A stretch of DNA of 20,431 nt, from assembly GCA_965662845.1 (NCBI GenBank), contig CBFIJD010000001.1, positions 76,106-96,536 of the forward strand, in the 5' to 3' direction. Every line of letters starts with the position of its first letter. The first letter of the stretch is position 1. The notes below the pieces were generated by a model, which saw nothing but the letters and a program-made list of their open reading frames with translations, was not told where the DNA came from and searched no databases. The position numbers and the translations under genes are program-made. Source of the DNA: an uncultured bacterium (GTDB lineage Bacteria > SAR324 > NAC60-12). This document shows positions 19,533 to 20,431 of this stretch, piece after piece.

Positions 19533-20431
19533 ATGTCAGGCGAAGAAGATTTAGAATTAGAGATACTGCTGGATTTCGTAGCTGAGAGTACGGAGACCTT
19601 AGACACGGCTGAGCCCATCTTGATTGACTTCGACAACCTCGAAGATCCTCGCGAGATTCAGTCTGCCGTAGATACCATCTTCCGTGCGTTCCACAGCATG
19701 AAAGGAGCGGCCGGCTACCTGCAGCAAAATAACATTGCGCGCTTGACGCACATGGCTGAGACCGTGCTGCAGGAGGTGCGGAAACGCCCAGAAATTGGAC
19801 CGCAATGCACCGACGTGCTGATCCAGTCCTGCGACGTCCTGCGCCAGATGTTGGAGCAAATTCCTTCTGAAAAGCACGACCATGGTTTTGACGAAGGGAT
19901 TGACTCGCTCATTGCGCAGATGAAAACGCTGCTAGGCGAAGAGAGCGAAGCCCCCCCGCCGCCTTCCCAGCCTGCGGAACCGACCCCAGCGCCCCCCTCT
20001 CCCGAAGCTGAAATCGAGTTCACCCCCGTTGCGGCTGGCCAGGCGACCGCTGAAGCTGAAATCGAGTTCACCCCTGTTCCCGCTGGCCAGGCGACCGCTG
20101 AAGCTGAAATCGAGTTCACTCCTGTTCCCGCTGGCCAGGCGACCGCTGAAGCCGAGATTGAATTCACGCCTGTCCCCGCCGCCGCGCCCCCGCCCAGAGA
20201 ATCGGCGCCAGCAACCAGCGACGAAGATCAGTCGATTGTGCAAGCGTTCATTGAGACCGCCGAAGAACAGCTCGAAAACACCGAAGACACGCTGAACACG
20301 CTGGTCAAGTTTCGCGACGAAGTAGACAACGAAGAGTTTCTGCACACGATCATGCGAAACTTTCATACGATCAAAGGAAACGCGGGCTTCTTGGGGTTCG
20401 CGCTGATCGAAAAATTGAGCCATCGCGCGGA
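19533..20431 (+). CDS. CheA-like protein with two tandem Hpt (P1) domains, truncated by the window end
   Basis: Open frame from ATG 19533 to the window end (my translation; absent from the ORF track): MSGEEDLELEILLDFVAES...IFRAFHSMKGAAGYL...LTHMAE, a Pro/Ala linker, then AFIETAEEQL...IMRNFHTIKGNAGFLGF...LSHRA. The kinase domain is not visible in the window. Confidence 0.88.
   Translation, partial: MSGEEDLELEILLDFVAESTETLDTAEPILIDFDNLEDPREIQSAVDTIFRAFHSMKGAAGYLQQNNIARLTHMAETVLQEVRKRPEIGPQCTDVLIQSCDVLRQMLEQIPSEKHDHGFDEGIDSLIAQMKTLLGEESEAPPPPSQPAEPTPAPPSPEAEIEFTPVAAGQATAEAEIEFTPVPAGQATAEAEIEFTPVPAGQATAEAEIEFTPVPAAAPPPRESAPATSDEDQSIVQAFIETAEEQLENTEDTLNTLVKFRDEVDNEEFLHTIMRNFHTIKGNAGFLGFALIEKLSHRA
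20004..20180 (+). repeat. In-frame 48-nt tandem repeat, about 3.7 copies (EAEIEFTPVPAGQATA)
   Basis: Units start at 20004, 20052, 20100 and 20148. The last unit is partial (11 codons). Confidence 0.95.

Noticed and set aside
20004..20180. 48-nt repeats as a CRISPR array
   Set aside because: The units are head-to-tail with no unique spacers, they are in frame within a CDS, and there are no cas genes.
19599..20423. Track ORFs 19599-19883, 19715-20167, 19932-20423 and 20029-20295
   Set aside because: They are antisense or off-frame shadows of the Hpt-domain gene, and their repeats only mirror the 48-nt unit.

Overview
Bacterial housekeeping region of moderate-to-high GC. Protein style suggests a deltaproteobacteria-like lineage such as SAR324, Myxococcota or Bdellovibrionota (inference, not verified). 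A run of about 17.6 kb on the minus strand reads nuoE-nuoF-nuoG-nuoJ-nuoK-nuoL-rpoB-rpoC-tkt-rpiA. It is followed by a divergent lptE-like lipoprotein and MlaF-like ABC ATPase pair, a convergent stand-alone type-B (YkgO-like) ribosomal protein L36, and the 5' part of a CheA-like protein with two Hpt domains that the ORF track missed. I found no mobile element, RNA gene, CRISPR array or clearly novel multi-gene system. The most notable oddities are: nuoF split by one extra G in a G6 run; a partial nuo cluster with a short NuoG; rpoBC detached from its usual ribosomal-protein neighbours, with a candidate SD-led leader ORF; a 15-16 nt motif shared by the rpoB and L36 upstream regions; and a 16-aa tandem repeat in the CheA-like linker whose last copy differs only at synonymous sites.
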